Assembly (NCBI GenBank): GCA_934096705.1
Contig: CAKOMR010000002.1
Location: 68,383 to 132,382, forward strand
Length of the DNA: 64,000 nt
Origin: an uncultured Bacilli bacterium
GTDB taxonomy: Bacteria; Bacillota_I; Bacilli_A; RF39; UBA660
Direction: 5' to 3'
A program made the position numbers and the translations under genes. The notes under the pieces are model-generated. The model was not told the DNA's origin. It was given only the letters and a program-made list of their open reading frames with translations, and did no database searches. Shown in pieces: positions 28,776 through 38,403 of this stretch. Every line of letters begins with the position of its first letter. The first letter of the stretch is position 1.

Positions 28776-29537
28776 ATGAAAATTAAAATATATTTTATAT
28801 TGTTTATGCTTTATTCAATTTTTGGTTGGATTTGCGAAGAAATTGTTACTTATGATCCTAAAAAGGGTTTTATTAATAGAGGTTTTTTATTAGGCCCTTA
28901 TTGTCCGATATATGGATATTCCGCAATATTTATGACTCTTTTATTAAATAAATTTTCTAATGATTTAGTTATATTTTCTCTAGCGTTCATTATATGTTCG
29001 ACAGTTGAATATTTATCAAGTTACGTGATGGAAAAATTATTTAATGCTAGATGGTGGGACTATTCAAAAAAACCTTTTAATATAAATGGTAGAGTGTGTC
29101 TTAAAAATGCATTATGTTTCGGAGTTATGGGTTTAATTTTAATTAAAATTGTTGATCCTTATTTAAGAACTATAATACTTAGATTTTCTCCATCAAAAAT
29201 CAATTTAGCATTTTACGTAATGTTAATAACATTTATAATCGATAATATACTATCTTATATGTTGATATTTAAAATTAAAGCTGAAAATACGTTTAAAAAG
29301 CGTGATAATACAAGAGAAATATCTCAAAAAGGTAAAGAAATATTAAGTAAGTCCTTGTTAGGTAATAAATTTGTTATAATTTTCCCTGAAAAAATTAAAG
29401 AAGGAAAAGAAAAAATAAAAAGAGAAAGAGAAAAAATCAAAAAGAAACAAGAAAAATTTAAAAGTGAAATAAAAAAAGAAAAAGAAAAACTAAAGGATAG
29501 CATTAAAAATGAAAGAAGTAAAAAACGAAAAAAATAA
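28776..29537 (+). CDS. PF06541-like ('putative ABC-transporter type IV') membrane protein with Lys/Glu-rich C-terminal tail
   Basis: GWICEEIV...GFINRGFLLGPYCPIYG...EYLSSYVMEKLFNARWWDYSKKPFNINGRVCL, and the tail EKIKREREKIKKKQEKFKSEIKKEKEKLK. Confidence 0.6.
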   Translation: MKIKIYFILFMLYSIFGWICEEIVTYDPKKGFINRGFLLGPYCPIYGYSAIFMTLLLNKFSNDLVIFSLAFIICSTVEYLSSYVMEKLFNARWWDYSKKPFNINGRVCLKNALCFGVMGLILIKIVDPYLRTIILRFSPSKINLAFYVMLITFIIDNILSYMLIFKIKAENTFKKRDNTREISQKGKEILSKSLLGNKFVIIFPEKIKEGKEKIKREREKIKKKQEKFKSEIKKEKEKLKDSIKNERSKKRKK

Positions 29538-30063
29538 ATTATTTATATATGTAATGTTATTTTTTGTATTAGCATTTATAGGATGGTGTTTCGAGGTATT
29601 AAATGAAATAAGAAAGGGACATGGTTTTATTAATAGAGGTGTTCTACATGGACCCTGGCTTCCAATTTATGGTTGTGGAGGATTATTAATTTACTTGCTT
29701 TTAAAAAAGTATAGAGGTAAACCGGCCATTGTATTTGTTTTTTCATTTTTAATTAGCGCTACAGTAGAATATTTAACATCATTTTATCTCGAATTAACAA
29801 AAGGTATGGTATGGTGGGATTATTCAAAAAAGCCATTCAATATAAATAGCAGGATATGTCTTGGTTATACATTAATTTTTGCTTTATTAGCAACAATGCT
29901 TTATTACTTTGTAATTCCCAAGATAATTGAATTATTGAAAAAAATAAATTATAAGAGTCTTTCCATACTTAGTTTAGTATTACTTTGCTTATATTTAACA
30001 GATAATATTTATTCAATGAAAAAACCAAATATAGTAAGAGGAGCACACATAGTAAAAAAGTAG
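29509..30063 (+). CDS. PF06541-like membrane protein (paralog of the upstream gene)
   Basis: GWCFEVLNE...GFINRGVLHGPWLPIYG...EYLTSFYLELTKGMVWWDYSKKPFNINSRICL. Start overlaps the upstream tail by 29 nt. Confidence 0.6.
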   Translation: MKEVKNEKNKLFIYVMLFFVLAFIGWCFEVLNEIRKGHGFINRGVLHGPWLPIYGCGGLLIYLLLKKYRGKPAIVFVFSFLISATVEYLTSFYLELTKGMVWWDYSKKPFNINSRICLGYTLIFALLATMLYYFVIPKIIELLKKINYKSLSILSLVLLCLYLTDNIYSMKKPNIVRGAHIVKK

Positions 30064-30079
30064 AAAATTTTATGGTTTT

Positions 30080-31210
30080 CTACTTTTTATAATATACATC
30101 AATGTCAACATAATTATTTATTCCATCAACTTTACCATTACTTGCAAGTTGCCACATAACATAAGGTCCTTTGTAACTTGTTTTTTCCGTGTAATGTGCA
30201 AGCCAAATATCATGCTTTACGGGTAACCAAATATACTCTAAATATGATTTTGAACCGTAATGTACTGTTTCATAGCCAGCATTATTTAATATATCTAAAT
30301 ATGTATTTGAAATTTCTCTTAAGTCATATAAGTTAATCTGAGCAGCATTAAAATATTTAAAATTTTCCCAATCAAATGCGATGGGAAGGTCAATATTGTA
30401 GCCATTTAGATTATCAAGTACAAAATTTGCCTCTTCTTTAGCATCGTCAATGCTTTTGGCATATGAATAAAAATAAATTCCAACTTTAATGCCATTTTCT
30501 GTAGCACCTTTGATATTTTCTAAATAATAAGGATCAAGATTTAATGGTTCACCATAATAATATCTATAACCAAGTCTTATAATAGCAAATTCTACGCCTG
30601 CATTTTTAACTTTTTGCCAATCAATTTTTCCTTGATATTTTGATACATCAATACCAATCAAAGTGTCATCAGTTTTGTATTTTTGATAAACATCATTAAA
30701 GTCTAAGTAATTTGTTAAAATGTTATTTGTATAACCACCAGTACTTTTACTTTTTTCCTTTATGATTAACTTAAATTCTTTACTTGCTTTATTACCACTA
30801 TGGTCTTTGGCAATGTATTTTAGATTGTAAGTTCCGATAGTATTTACATCATAATCTCCTTCAATATAACATTTTGGTGTTCTATCAGCGTTATCCATAC
30901 AACTGATTTCATTTGCTATATCATTTTCATATCCAATATCTCTTGTTATAGAATTTGATACCCAAATTATTGGAGCTGTTGTATCAACAACATTATATTT
31001 AATTTTATAGTTTTTATTTTGACATTTTATGTTTTCTTCGTGATTTCCTAGAACTGACGTATCAAGTAATTTACTTTCACATTCAATGTTACTAACTATG
31101 TTTTTAATATCAACTTTAGAAAAATATTCAAAGGTATTTTCATTTAGTGTAATATTTCTTTTACATCCACATAATAAAAGTAAACTTATTAAAATAATTA
31201 TCTTTTTCAT
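30080..31210 (-). CDS. GH25 lysozyme/muramidase lipoprotein with an N-terminal Ig-like (DUF5011-type) domain
   Basis: Lipobox LLLLCGC, GIDVSKYQGKIDWQKVKNAGVEFAIIRLGYR (GH25), and Ig-like TTAPII...GTYNLKYIAKDHSGN. Start at MKK (31210) rather than the track's 31228. Confidence 0.82.
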   Translation of the reverse strand: MKKIIILISLLLLCGCKRNITLNENTFEYFSKVDIKNIVSNIECESKLLDTSVLGNHEENIKCQNKNYKIKYNVVDTTAPIIWVSNSITRDIGYENDIANEISCMDNADRTPKCYIEGDYDVNTIGTYNLKYIAKDHSGNKASKEFKLIIKEKSKSTGGYTNNILTNYLDFNDVYQKYKTDDTLIGIDVSKYQGKIDWQKVKNAGVEFAIIRLGYRYYYGEPLNLDPYYLENIKGATENGIKVGIYFYSYAKSIDDAKEEANFVLDNLNGYNIDLPIAFDWENFKYFNAAQINLYDLREISNTYLDILNNAGYETVHYGSKSYLEYIWLPVKHDIWLAHYTEKTSYKGPYVMWQLASNGKVDGINNYVDIDVYYKK

Positions 31211-31287
31211 ATATATAAATTTTATCAATAATCATTTGTTAATACAATAATTTTATGATAATATATTTGTGTTTAAGGATTTGGCTT

Positions 31288-31986
31288 ATGGAAGAAAAAT
31301 TTCAAAAAATAATAAAAGAAATTAGAATTAAAAATAATTTAACTCAAAATGAGTTTGCAAATATTCTTGGCGTAACGTACCAAGCTGTTTCTAAATGGGA
31401 AAATGGCAAAAGTATTCCAGATATTTTGATGATAAAAGAAATAAGCAAAAAATTTAATGTTGATTTAAATTATTTAATTAATGGAAGTGATGAATTGCCA
31501 GTGAAAAAAAGCAATCAAAATCATAAAAACAAACTTTTAATTACAATTATCACTTTACTAATTATAATAATTCTTTTGATAGTGTGTTATTTTGTATGTC
31601 ACAAACATAATTATGAATTCAAATCATTAAATGGTGAAATAAGGGATATCAAAGTTCAAGGTAGCGTTACTTATGATGAAAATAAATCTTCAATTTTCTT
31701 AAATATAGATTATAAAAAGGATGATAAAAAAATATATAAGAATGTTGAATGTGTCCTTTATGAAAAATACAATGATATTTTAAATATAATAAGTACTTAT
31801 AGTTATGATAATACATCTGAAGAGACTTTGAAGGATATTTTAAAAAATATCAATTTTGTGATTAATAACTATTCTCCAAGCTGTAAAAATTATGAAAATA
31901 GTGAATTATATTTGGAAATTAATGCAAAAATCGACGACGAAAAAACACTTACTTATAGGATTCCAATTACTTTTGAGGATTGTTAA
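31288..31986 (+). CDS. membrane-tethered XRE-family HTH regulator
   Basis: HTH LTQNEFANILGVTYQAVSKWENGKSIPD, a central TM LLITIITLLIIIILLIVCYFV, and an extracytoplasmic C-domain. ATG at 31288. Confidence 0.75.
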   Translation: MEEKFQKIIKEIRIKNNLTQNEFANILGVTYQAVSKWENGKSIPDILMIKEISKKFNVDLNYLINGSDELPVKKSNQNHKNKLLITIITLLIIIILLIVCYFVCHKHNYEFKSLNGEIRDIKVQGSVTYDENKSSIFLNIDYKKDDKKIYKNVECVLYEKYNDILNIISTYSYDNTSEETLKDILKNINFVINNYSPSCKNYENSELYLEINAKIDDEKTLTYRIPITFEDC

Positions 31987-32062
31987 TTTATGGAAAATAT
32001 TTACATAATTTGACATTTTTGAACGATTGTGATATAATTATTTCGTTATTCAGGGGGAAAGA

Positions 32063-32713
32063 ATGAATAAAAATAATTGTGTCCTCCACAATAAGTGGAG
32101 AATGATAGAAAAAGTTTATAATAAAAATTATGTTAATAAATTAGTGAATTTTGGTATAGCTTTGTGCATTCTATTTATTGTGATGTTTGTACCAAAAATT
32201 CATGGAATAAAACAAAATACTGTGAGTGTATCTTCATTTGATTCATTTTCTAGTGAAATTACTCAAAAAGATAAATTAAATTATATTTTACAAAAATATA
32301 ATTTAACTGATTATCAATTTAAAGTGTTATCTTCAATTGTTATAGCAGAAGCACAAAGCAATTCTTACGATGATGCTTATGCTGTTATTAATACGATTTA
32401 TAATAGGACACACGCTAAAAATTGGGTTAGATCATGTGCTAATTACTTTGGTCAAAAAAATGGGTCAAATTTATATTATCAGGCGATAATGCCAAATCAG
32501 TTTGTTGTTTATGAACATGGTACTTATCAAAAATATTTAAATAATGAATCATTAGTGGGTTATAATGCTATAATTGATTTTCTATATGACGAAAATATAA
32601 TGCATAATTATTTATCGTTTAGGGCAAACTCAGTTAAAGTAAGTGGTTCAGAAAAATTTAGTAATAATGGCAATAATTATTTTAATATTTTAATAGATTC
32701 TAATAAAATTTAA
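32063..32713 (+). CDS. SleB/CwlJ-type (Hydrolase_2-like) cell-wall hydrolase domain protein, membrane-anchored
   Basis: IVIAEAQSNSYDDAYAVINTIYNRTH...QFVVYEHG resembles the Hydrolase_2 core; N-terminal TM. Confidence 0.5.
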   Translation: MNKNNCVLHNKWRMIEKVYNKNYVNKLVNFGIALCILFIVMFVPKIHGIKQNTVSVSSFDSFSSEITQKDKLNYILQKYNLTDYQFKVLSSIVIAEAQSNSYDDAYAVINTIYNRTHAKNWVRSCANYFGQKNGSNLYYQAIMPNQFVVYEHGTYQKYLNNESLVGYNAIIDFLYDENIMHNYLSFRANSVKVSGSEKFSNNGNNYFNILIDSNKI

Positions 32714-32716
32714 AAG

Positions 32717-32742
32717 ATGCAAAGTTGTTTGCATTTTTTTTT
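32717..32742 (+). terminator. intrinsic terminator
   Basis: ATGCAAA-gttg-TTTGCAT followed by T9. Confidence 0.8.
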
Positions 32743-32774
32743 AAAATTAGATATTATTAAAATAGGATGGAATT

Positions 32775-33173
32775 ATGAAAAAGAAATATAATGTTTTTTG
32801 TGAAGTAAAGGTAACTAATATAGTTTTAATAATACTTGGAACGATTATGTGTGTTGTACCACTATTTACAAAACTTAAATTTGATACAACAATTTTAATT
32901 ATTTTAATATTATTAATTTTAATTTTTGTTAAGGATTTACGGAAATATTTAAATATAAAAAAATATGGAATAGAAGTAAAAGACGCAAATTACAAAATTG
33001 TAACTTTAAATAATAATAGAAAGATGCTTAAAATTCATTTTATTTATAATAATAAAAACTATGATTTAATGGGAAAAATAACATTCAATGGAAAAATACA
33101 AGAGGGAAAAACTAATATTATTTTCAATAAAAAAGATCCAAATGAATTTTATGCATTTGGACCTAATAACTAA
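32775..33173 (+). CDS. hypothetical membrane protein
   Basis: 132 aa with two N-terminal TM segments. No family recognised. Confidence 0.45.
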   Translation: MKKKYNVFCEVKVTNIVLIILGTIMCVVPLFTKLKFDTTILIILILLILIFVKDLRKYLNIKKYGIEVKDANYKIVTLNNNRKMLKIHFIYNNKNYDLMGKITFNGKIQEGKTNIIFNKKDPNEFYAFGPNN

Positions 33174-33339
33174 ATTCTAAATTGTAAGCATTATATTACT
33201 AATGATGAGAAAATTTAGAATTTTTTTGTGTTAAGTCATTTCTTAACACATTATTATTATGTAGCAAATGTCAAATATTATACATTTAATTATTTGCCTT
33301 TTATATATATTTATTTTATAATTTATGTGGTGATATTTA

Positions 33340-34188
33340 ATGAAAATAGCTTCGTGGGAAGATTATAAAATTATTAAGGCTAGTAATGGTTTAAAATTGG
33401 AAAAATGGAAAAATATTAAACTGCTTAGACCCGATCCAATAATAATTTGGAATGACGAAAAAATTACAAAAGATGAATGTGATGCATTTTATCATCGTTC
33501 AAATACTGGGGGAGGTTATTGGGAAAACGTTAATTCTGTACCAAGCCAATGGCAAGTTGGTTACAAGAATTTAACTTTTAATATTAAACAGATGGGTTTT
33601 AAACATACGGGATTATTTCCAGAGCAAGCTGTCAATTGGGACAGAATGATTGAAAAAATTAAAAATAGCGATAGAGAAATTAAAGTTTTAAATCTATTTG
33701 CATATACTGGAGGAGCTACTGTTGCATGCCTTTCTGCAGGCGCAAGCGTTGTACATGTCGATTCTTCGAAAGGTATGAATGATTGGGCAAAAGAAAATGT
33801 TAAAGCTTCAGGTTTAGAAAAAGCAAGTGTACGTTTTTTAGTAGATGATGTAGTTAAATTCGTTGAACGTGAAATAAGACGTGGAAATAAATATGATGCA
33901 ATAATAATGGATCCACCAAGTTATGGTAGAGGAAGTAATAAAGAAGTTTGGTCAATTGAAAAAGATTTAGATAATTTATTAAAACTTTGCAAATGTATTT
34001 TAAATGATGATTTCTTATTTATGTGCGTTAACACATACACTGCAAATTTATCAATTATGACTCTAGATGATTTATTGAAAGTAAATTTTAAAGATAGCAA
34101 TATTGCTGTTGATGAAATAGGTTTACCAATAGAAAATACTAATTTATATTTACCATGCGGAATAACTGGATGGATAACTAATGATTAA
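33340..34188 (+). CDS. class I SAM-dependent (RlmI/PF10672-like) RNA methyltransferase
   Basis: LNLFAYTGGATVA...VVHVDSS...IIMDPPSYGRG motifs. Overlaps the pseudouridine synthase gene. Confidence 0.75.
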   Translation: MKIASWEDYKIIKASNGLKLEKWKNIKLLRPDPIIIWNDEKITKDECDAFYHRSNTGGGYWENVNSVPSQWQVGYKNLTFNIKQMGFKHTGLFPEQAVNWDRMIEKIKNSDREIKVLNLFAYTGGATVACLSAGASVVHVDSSKGMNDWAKENVKASGLEKASVRFLVDDVVKFVEREIRRGNKYDAIIMDPPSYGRGSNKEVWSIEKDLDNLLKLCKCILNDDFLFMCVNTYTANLSIMTLDDLLKVNFKDSNIAVDEIGLPIENTNLYLPCGITGWITND

Positions 34189-34840
34189 ATTAAATATATT
34201 ATACGAAGATAATCATATAATTGTGGTATATAAATATCCTGGTATGCTTTCTCAAAGCGATAATACAAAAGATTTAGATATGTTATCTTTAATAAAATTA
34301 TATCTAAAAGATCGTTATCATAAACCAGGACAAGCTTATGTTGGTCTAGTTCATAGGCTTGATAGACCAGTAGGAGGAGTAATGGTATATGCTAAAACTT
34401 CCAAAGCTGCATCAAGACTATCTGAACAAATTCGTAATAAGCAAATGATAAAAAAGTATTATGCAATAATTCATGGCTATATGAATGAAGAAAATGGTAT
34501 ATTAAAAAATAAAATTGAAAAGTTGGATAATAAAAAAGTCCTTTTGGATTCAAAAAATGGGAAAGATGCGATTTTAAAATATGCTACTATAAAAAAATGG
34601 AATAATTATTCTTTGGTAGATATTACGTTATTAACTGGTAGATATCATCAAATAAGACTACAGTTCTCTTCGAGAAATCATCCACTTTATGGAGATTATT
34701 TGTACGGTGCTAAAAACGAAAAAGAATTAGCATTAATTGCATATAGTTTATTCTTTTTACACCCAGTAACAAAAGAACAACTAACTTTTCAAATAAATGT
34801 TAATAATACTTATTTTGGCAAAATTTTAAAAAATTGTTAA
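34181..34840 (+). CDS. RluA-family pseudouridine synthase
   Basis: Catalytic HRLDRPVGGVMVYAKT and GRYHQIRLQ motifs. Confidence 0.85.
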   Translation: MIKLNILYEDNHIIVVYKYPGMLSQSDNTKDLDMLSLIKLYLKDRYHKPGQAYVGLVHRLDRPVGGVMVYAKTSKAASRLSEQIRNKQMIKKYYAIIHGYMNEENGILKNKIEKLDNKKVLLDSKNGKDAILKYATIKKWNNYSLVDITLLTGRYHQIRLQFSSRNHPLYGDYLYGAKNEKELALIAYSLFFLHPVTKEQLTFQINVNNTYFGKILKNC

Positions 34841-34904
34841 AATTTGTTTACTTATGGTTAATATCCCTTTAAATTTAAGAAAATTGAGGTAGAATTAAAT
34901 TTGT

Positions 34905-35999
34905 ATGAAACAGTTAGATTTAGTTAAGGTTGGCAATTTTATTGCTAAATTAAGAAAAGAAAGTGGGTTAACTCAAGAAGAACTAGCAAATAAATTAATG
35001 ATTTCTGATAAAGCAGTTAGTAAGTGGGAAGGTGGAAAGAATTTACCAGATATAGAATGTCAGAGACAAATTTGCAAACTTTTTAATATTTCTTTAGAAG
35101 AGTTACATAATGGTGAAAGAGATTTAAAGAAAAGAACCAAAACAAAAAGAATATTTAAGGAAAATACAATGTTTAAAATAATGATAATTTGTTTATTTCC
35201 TGTATTTGTATTTTTATTTACATTTTTTATAATTAATTATAGAGCCATTAAAATTTATTATTCAAGAGATAATAGAAATGATTCTGAAGAAAGCTTAACT
35301 GCAGACTTTTTGATTATCAAAAATAGAAAACAACTTCTTTTAATGTTTGACCATATTACACCAATTAATGATGTGATAAATGAATCTGATTTAGTAACGT
35401 TAAATGTTTATTCTGATAATAGTTTAATTAGTACCACTAACGATTTAAATGATAAATCTTTACTTTTTAAAAATAGGAAAATAGATTTAGATAAACTTAA
35501 GATTGAAGTAGTAGTTACCACAATTGATGATGAAGTTAAAACATTTGTTTCTGAACCAATTTTACATAAATTAAACTATTATAAAGCTACTGATGATTAT
35601 ATAAATAGTAAATTAATTAATAAAAAAACAGAAGTTTTATCAAAGTCAGATATTATTAAAATTCTTGAAAGTGAAGAGTATAATAAAATTGATGATGAGA
35701 TTTATGAAAAAACTATAAAAAATAATGATAGCTGTTTAAAAATTAAATATAATCTAAGTATTAATAAGGTTGATATTATGTATGTTTTTAATAATTATGT
35801 AACAAAAATCAAAGGTGATTATGAAACAGAAAACATAAGCTCTGTAGTTTATAATAATGATAATTTAAATAACGTTGTCGAAAAATATTATTATAACTAT
35901 AAAACTAAAGAAAAAAACTGTGTAATCGGAGAGTGCACAACACTTAATAATGTCCGTAAAGATGTAGCAAAATACATAACTCTACCTCAAGTAGAGTAG
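34905..35999 (+). CDS. membrane-tethered XRE-family HTH regulator (second copy of this architecture)
   Basis: HTH LTQEELANKLMISDKAVSKWEGGKNLPD, TM MFKIMIICLFPVFVFLFTFFII, and a 250-aa extracytoplasmic domain. Confidence 0.72.
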   Translation: MKQLDLVKVGNFIAKLRKESGLTQEELANKLMISDKAVSKWEGGKNLPDIECQRQICKLFNISLEELHNGERDLKKRTKTKRIFKENTMFKIMIICLFPVFVFLFTFFIINYRAIKIYYSRDNRNDSEESLTADFLIIKNRKQLLLMFDHITPINDVINESDLVTLNVYSDNSLISTTNDLNDKSLLFKNRKIDLDKLKIEVVVTTIDDEVKTFVSEPILHKLNYYKATDDYINSKLINKKTEVLSKSDIIKILESEEYNKIDDEIYEKTIKNNDSCLKIKYNLSINKVDIMYVFNNYVTKIKGDYETENISSVVYNNDNLNNVVEKYYYNYKTKEKNCVIGECTTLNNVRKDVAKYITLPQVE

Positions 36000-36066
36000 T
36001 ATTCTACTTTATCTCGGTTGCCAAAATATGCCAAAATGCGTTATGATTTTCTCGAAAGGAGGGCAG

Positions 36067-36933
36067 TTGAAGAATAAAGTAGTAAAAGTTATATTTTTCT
36101 TTCTACTATTAATACCAATTTTAGTAAAAGCAGAAAGCCAAGATATTACTGAAGTACCTCATTATGTAAATACATTAGGAACAAAAATTAGACTTACAGA
36201 TTGTGAAAAGATAATTGCTGTTTATGATGAAGATTATATGGAAATGATGACTGAAGAAGATTATGAAAGATTTAGAAATAAAAATATTAATTTAGATAAT
36301 CTTGTTCAAAGTAAAACATATATTAAAACAACAATAAATCATATAACTGATGAGGTAAGTCATACTGAAGTAAGTGAAGCAGAGTATAATAACTATAATC
36401 CTGAAAATGATAGTATTGAAGTTTTTTTAGAAACAGAATATAAATATTTAACTTTATCAGGCACAGATTATGGTAATGGTCTTGGCGAAGTTACTTTAGG
36501 AGTAGTGTGGAAAGCAATACCAGTTCGAAGATCTTTTGATATCTTAGCAGTTAGATATGTTGGAATTGAAAGTATTGATGGTACACAAACTGGAAAACAA
36601 GTTTATAAAATAAACGGTGAACTTGGTTATATAGACTATGGTTGGAATGGAACAAATATTAACAGAAAAGACAATGGATTTGGTATATCTATGAATCTTA
36701 TTAATTCTGCGGATGTTGATTATTTCCGTATGTATATAGACTCAGAAATTAAATTTACAGGCCAAGGTCCAACAATTTATGGAACATATCAACATGCAAT
36801 CAAAAACGTTACTTTAGCCGCATCTAAAAACTATATATTCACTTCTGGCGGATTAGGTGGTGTAATTGATTATCAAAGTAGTTTTCAAGAAAAATATGAC
36901 GACATGCAAGGTCTAGCAATATATTTTTATTGA
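36067..36933 (+). CDS. secreted hypothetical protein
   Basis: TTG at 36067 behind AAGGAGGG; signal peptide KVIFFFLLLIPILVKA. No family recognised. Confidence 0.5.
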   Translation: MKNKVVKVIFFFLLLIPILVKAESQDITEVPHYVNTLGTKIRLTDCEKIIAVYDEDYMEMMTEEDYERFRNKNINLDNLVQSKTYIKTTINHITDEVSHTEVSEAEYNNYNPENDSIEVFLETEYKYLTLSGTDYGNGLGEVTLGVVWKAIPVRRSFDILAVRYVGIESIDGTQTGKQVYKINGELGYIDYGWNGTNINRKDNGFGISMNLINSADVDYFRMYIDSEIKFTGQGPTIYGTYQHAIKNVTLAASKNYIFTSGGLGGVIDYQSSFQEKYDDMQGLAIYFY

Positions 36934-37163
36934 TAGAAAATTAGAAAAAGTAAAACAAAAAATAGCAAGAAAAAAGGAAAAAAGTTTTTAACATAAAATA
37001 ATAGCATATTATTTAACGTAACAATTATAATACTTTAAAAGATTTATGAAGATGACATATTTTTATAAAAAAATATAAAGATAAATTACCCACGCACATT
37101 TTGTCATTTTCATATAATAAAATCTTCAAAATTTAAAAAATTTAAAAAAACAGCTAAAATCGA

Positions 37164-37192
37164 TTGACATATTGGGATTTATTTACTATAAT
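37164..37192 (+). promoter_or_regulatory. consensus sigma-A promoter (TTGACA-N17-TATAAT) for tRNA-Asn
   Basis: Perfect hexamers at 37164-37169 and 37187-37192, about 20 nt before the tRNA 5' end. Confidence 0.85.
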
Positions 37193-37211
37193 TTATCTTG
37201 TATTAAGGAAT

Positions 37212-37287
37212 GCCCAATTAGCTCAGTCGGTAGAGCGCACGGCTGTTAACCGTTAGGTCGTAGGTTCGAGTCCTACATTGGGCGCCA
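37212..37287 (+). tRNA. tRNA-Asn (anticodon GUU), CCA encoded
   Basis: Acceptor GCCCAAT/ATTGGGC, anticodon stem CACGG/CCGTT with loop CTGTTAA, T-arm GTAGG-TTCGAGT-CCTAC. Confidence 0.92.
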
Positions 37288-37334
37288 TTTTTTTAAAACA
37301 GATATTACATTAAAAATCTACATATATTGCTTAG

Positions 37335-37356
37335 GGTACCGAAAGGTACCTTTTTT
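37335..37356 (+). terminator. intrinsic terminator after tRNA-Asn
   Basis: GGTACC-gaaa-GGTACC followed by T6. Confidence 0.85.
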
Positions 37357-37408
37357 ATTGAAATTTTTAATAAATTATTTTATACTAATTAGGAAAGGTT
37401 GGGAATAT

Positions 37409-38326
37409 ATGAACGAAAAAATAAGTATGATAGAACGCTATGGAGATGATTTAACAAAAAAAACATATATTACAGATCCTGCGATAGCAAGAGATAATGA
37501 AATAAAAGAATGTATGCTTATTTTATTAACACCAGAAAAAAGTGCTTTATTAGTTGGTAAAGCTGGTATAGGTAAAACTGCCATAGTCGAGGGCATTGCT
37601 TATCGTATTCAAAACAATTTAGTTCCTGACGCTTTAAAAGGGTGGACTATTATTAAAATAAATATTACTAGTTTAATTGGAGAAACTCAAAGTGAGGGAC
37701 AAACTGAAAATCGTATTGACCTGCTTATGCAAGAATTAGCACAAAGATCAAAAACAATATTATTTATTGATGAAACACATTTGCTTGTTAATAGACAAGG
37801 TGGTCTTGATTTTGCAAATATGTTAAAGTCTGGACTAGATCGTGGTACAATCAAAATGATTGGTGCAACTACAACTGAAGAATATGAAACATATATTTTA
37901 AGAGATAGAGCTTTTTTAAGACGTTTTCAAAAAGTTGACGTTTTGGAAGCGTCACAAGATGATTGTGTAAAAATATTGATGGGTACTTATCCAAAGCTTG
38001 AAAAACAAATTGGCGTAAGATTAAACTATACACCATTTATTATAGAAAAAATAATGCGTTTTATTGTTGAAATGACTGATGAATACAAAAGGATTTATGA
38101 AATATCAAATAGATATCCAGATATTTGCTTAACGATTGTGGCTAATGCGTTTACATATGCTTTATATGACAATAGTAGTGTAGTAACTATAAAGCATTTT
38201 TATAAAGCAATTTGCAATGCGAAAAGTATTTATCCGGATGCTTTAATAAGAGAGAAACAAAGATTTATTACTTTATTTAGTGATATGTTAAAAAATGAAA
38301 ATGTTGATTTAAATGATGTTAAATAG
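37409..38326 (+). CDS. stand-alone Clp/Hsp100-type AAA+ module (homologous to the ClpA/B/C D1 domain only)
   Basis: ERYGDDLT...ARDNEI...[21 protein letters not shown] (Walker A), ILFIDETH (Walker B), [10 protein letters not shown]...[13 protein letters not shown]. Only about 305 aa, with no N-domain, M-domain or D2. ATG at 37409. Confidence 0.7.
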   Translation: MNEKISMIERYGDDLTKKTYITDPAIARDNEIKECMLILLTPEKSALLVGKAGIGKTAIVEGIAYRIQNNLVPDALKGWTIIKINITSLIGETQSEGQTENRIDLLMQELAQRSKTILFIDETHLLVNRQGGLDFANMLKSGLDRGTIKMIGATTTEEYETYILRDRAFLRRFQKVDVLEASQDDCVKILMGTYPKLEKQIGVRLNYTPFIIEKIMRFIVEMTDEYKRIYEISNRYPDICLTIVANAFTYALYDNSSVVTIKHFYKAICNAKSIYPDALIREKQRFITLFSDMLKNENVDLNDVK

Positions 38327-38403
38327 CATTTTTCTTGCATTTTATTAAAAAGTATTGTATATTATAAATGAACACGAAAAAGTGTTTTTTTATTGGAGGA
38401 AAA

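Noticed and set aside
38369-38393. Hairpin AACAC-gaaaaa-GTGTT plus T7 between the putative secE promoter and the secE RBS; a possible attenuator.
   Set aside because: The stem is only 5 bp and AT-poor in stability terms, and no alternative antiterminator structure was seen. It is probably insignificant.
25398-38403. Possibility that the segment between tRNA-His and tRNA-Asn (GH25 lysozyme, XRE regulators) is a prophage remnant.
   Set aside because: No integrase, terminase, capsid/tail or holin genes, no tRNA-derived direct repeats found by eye, and it contains housekeeping RNA-modification genes. It is reported only as a synteny break.
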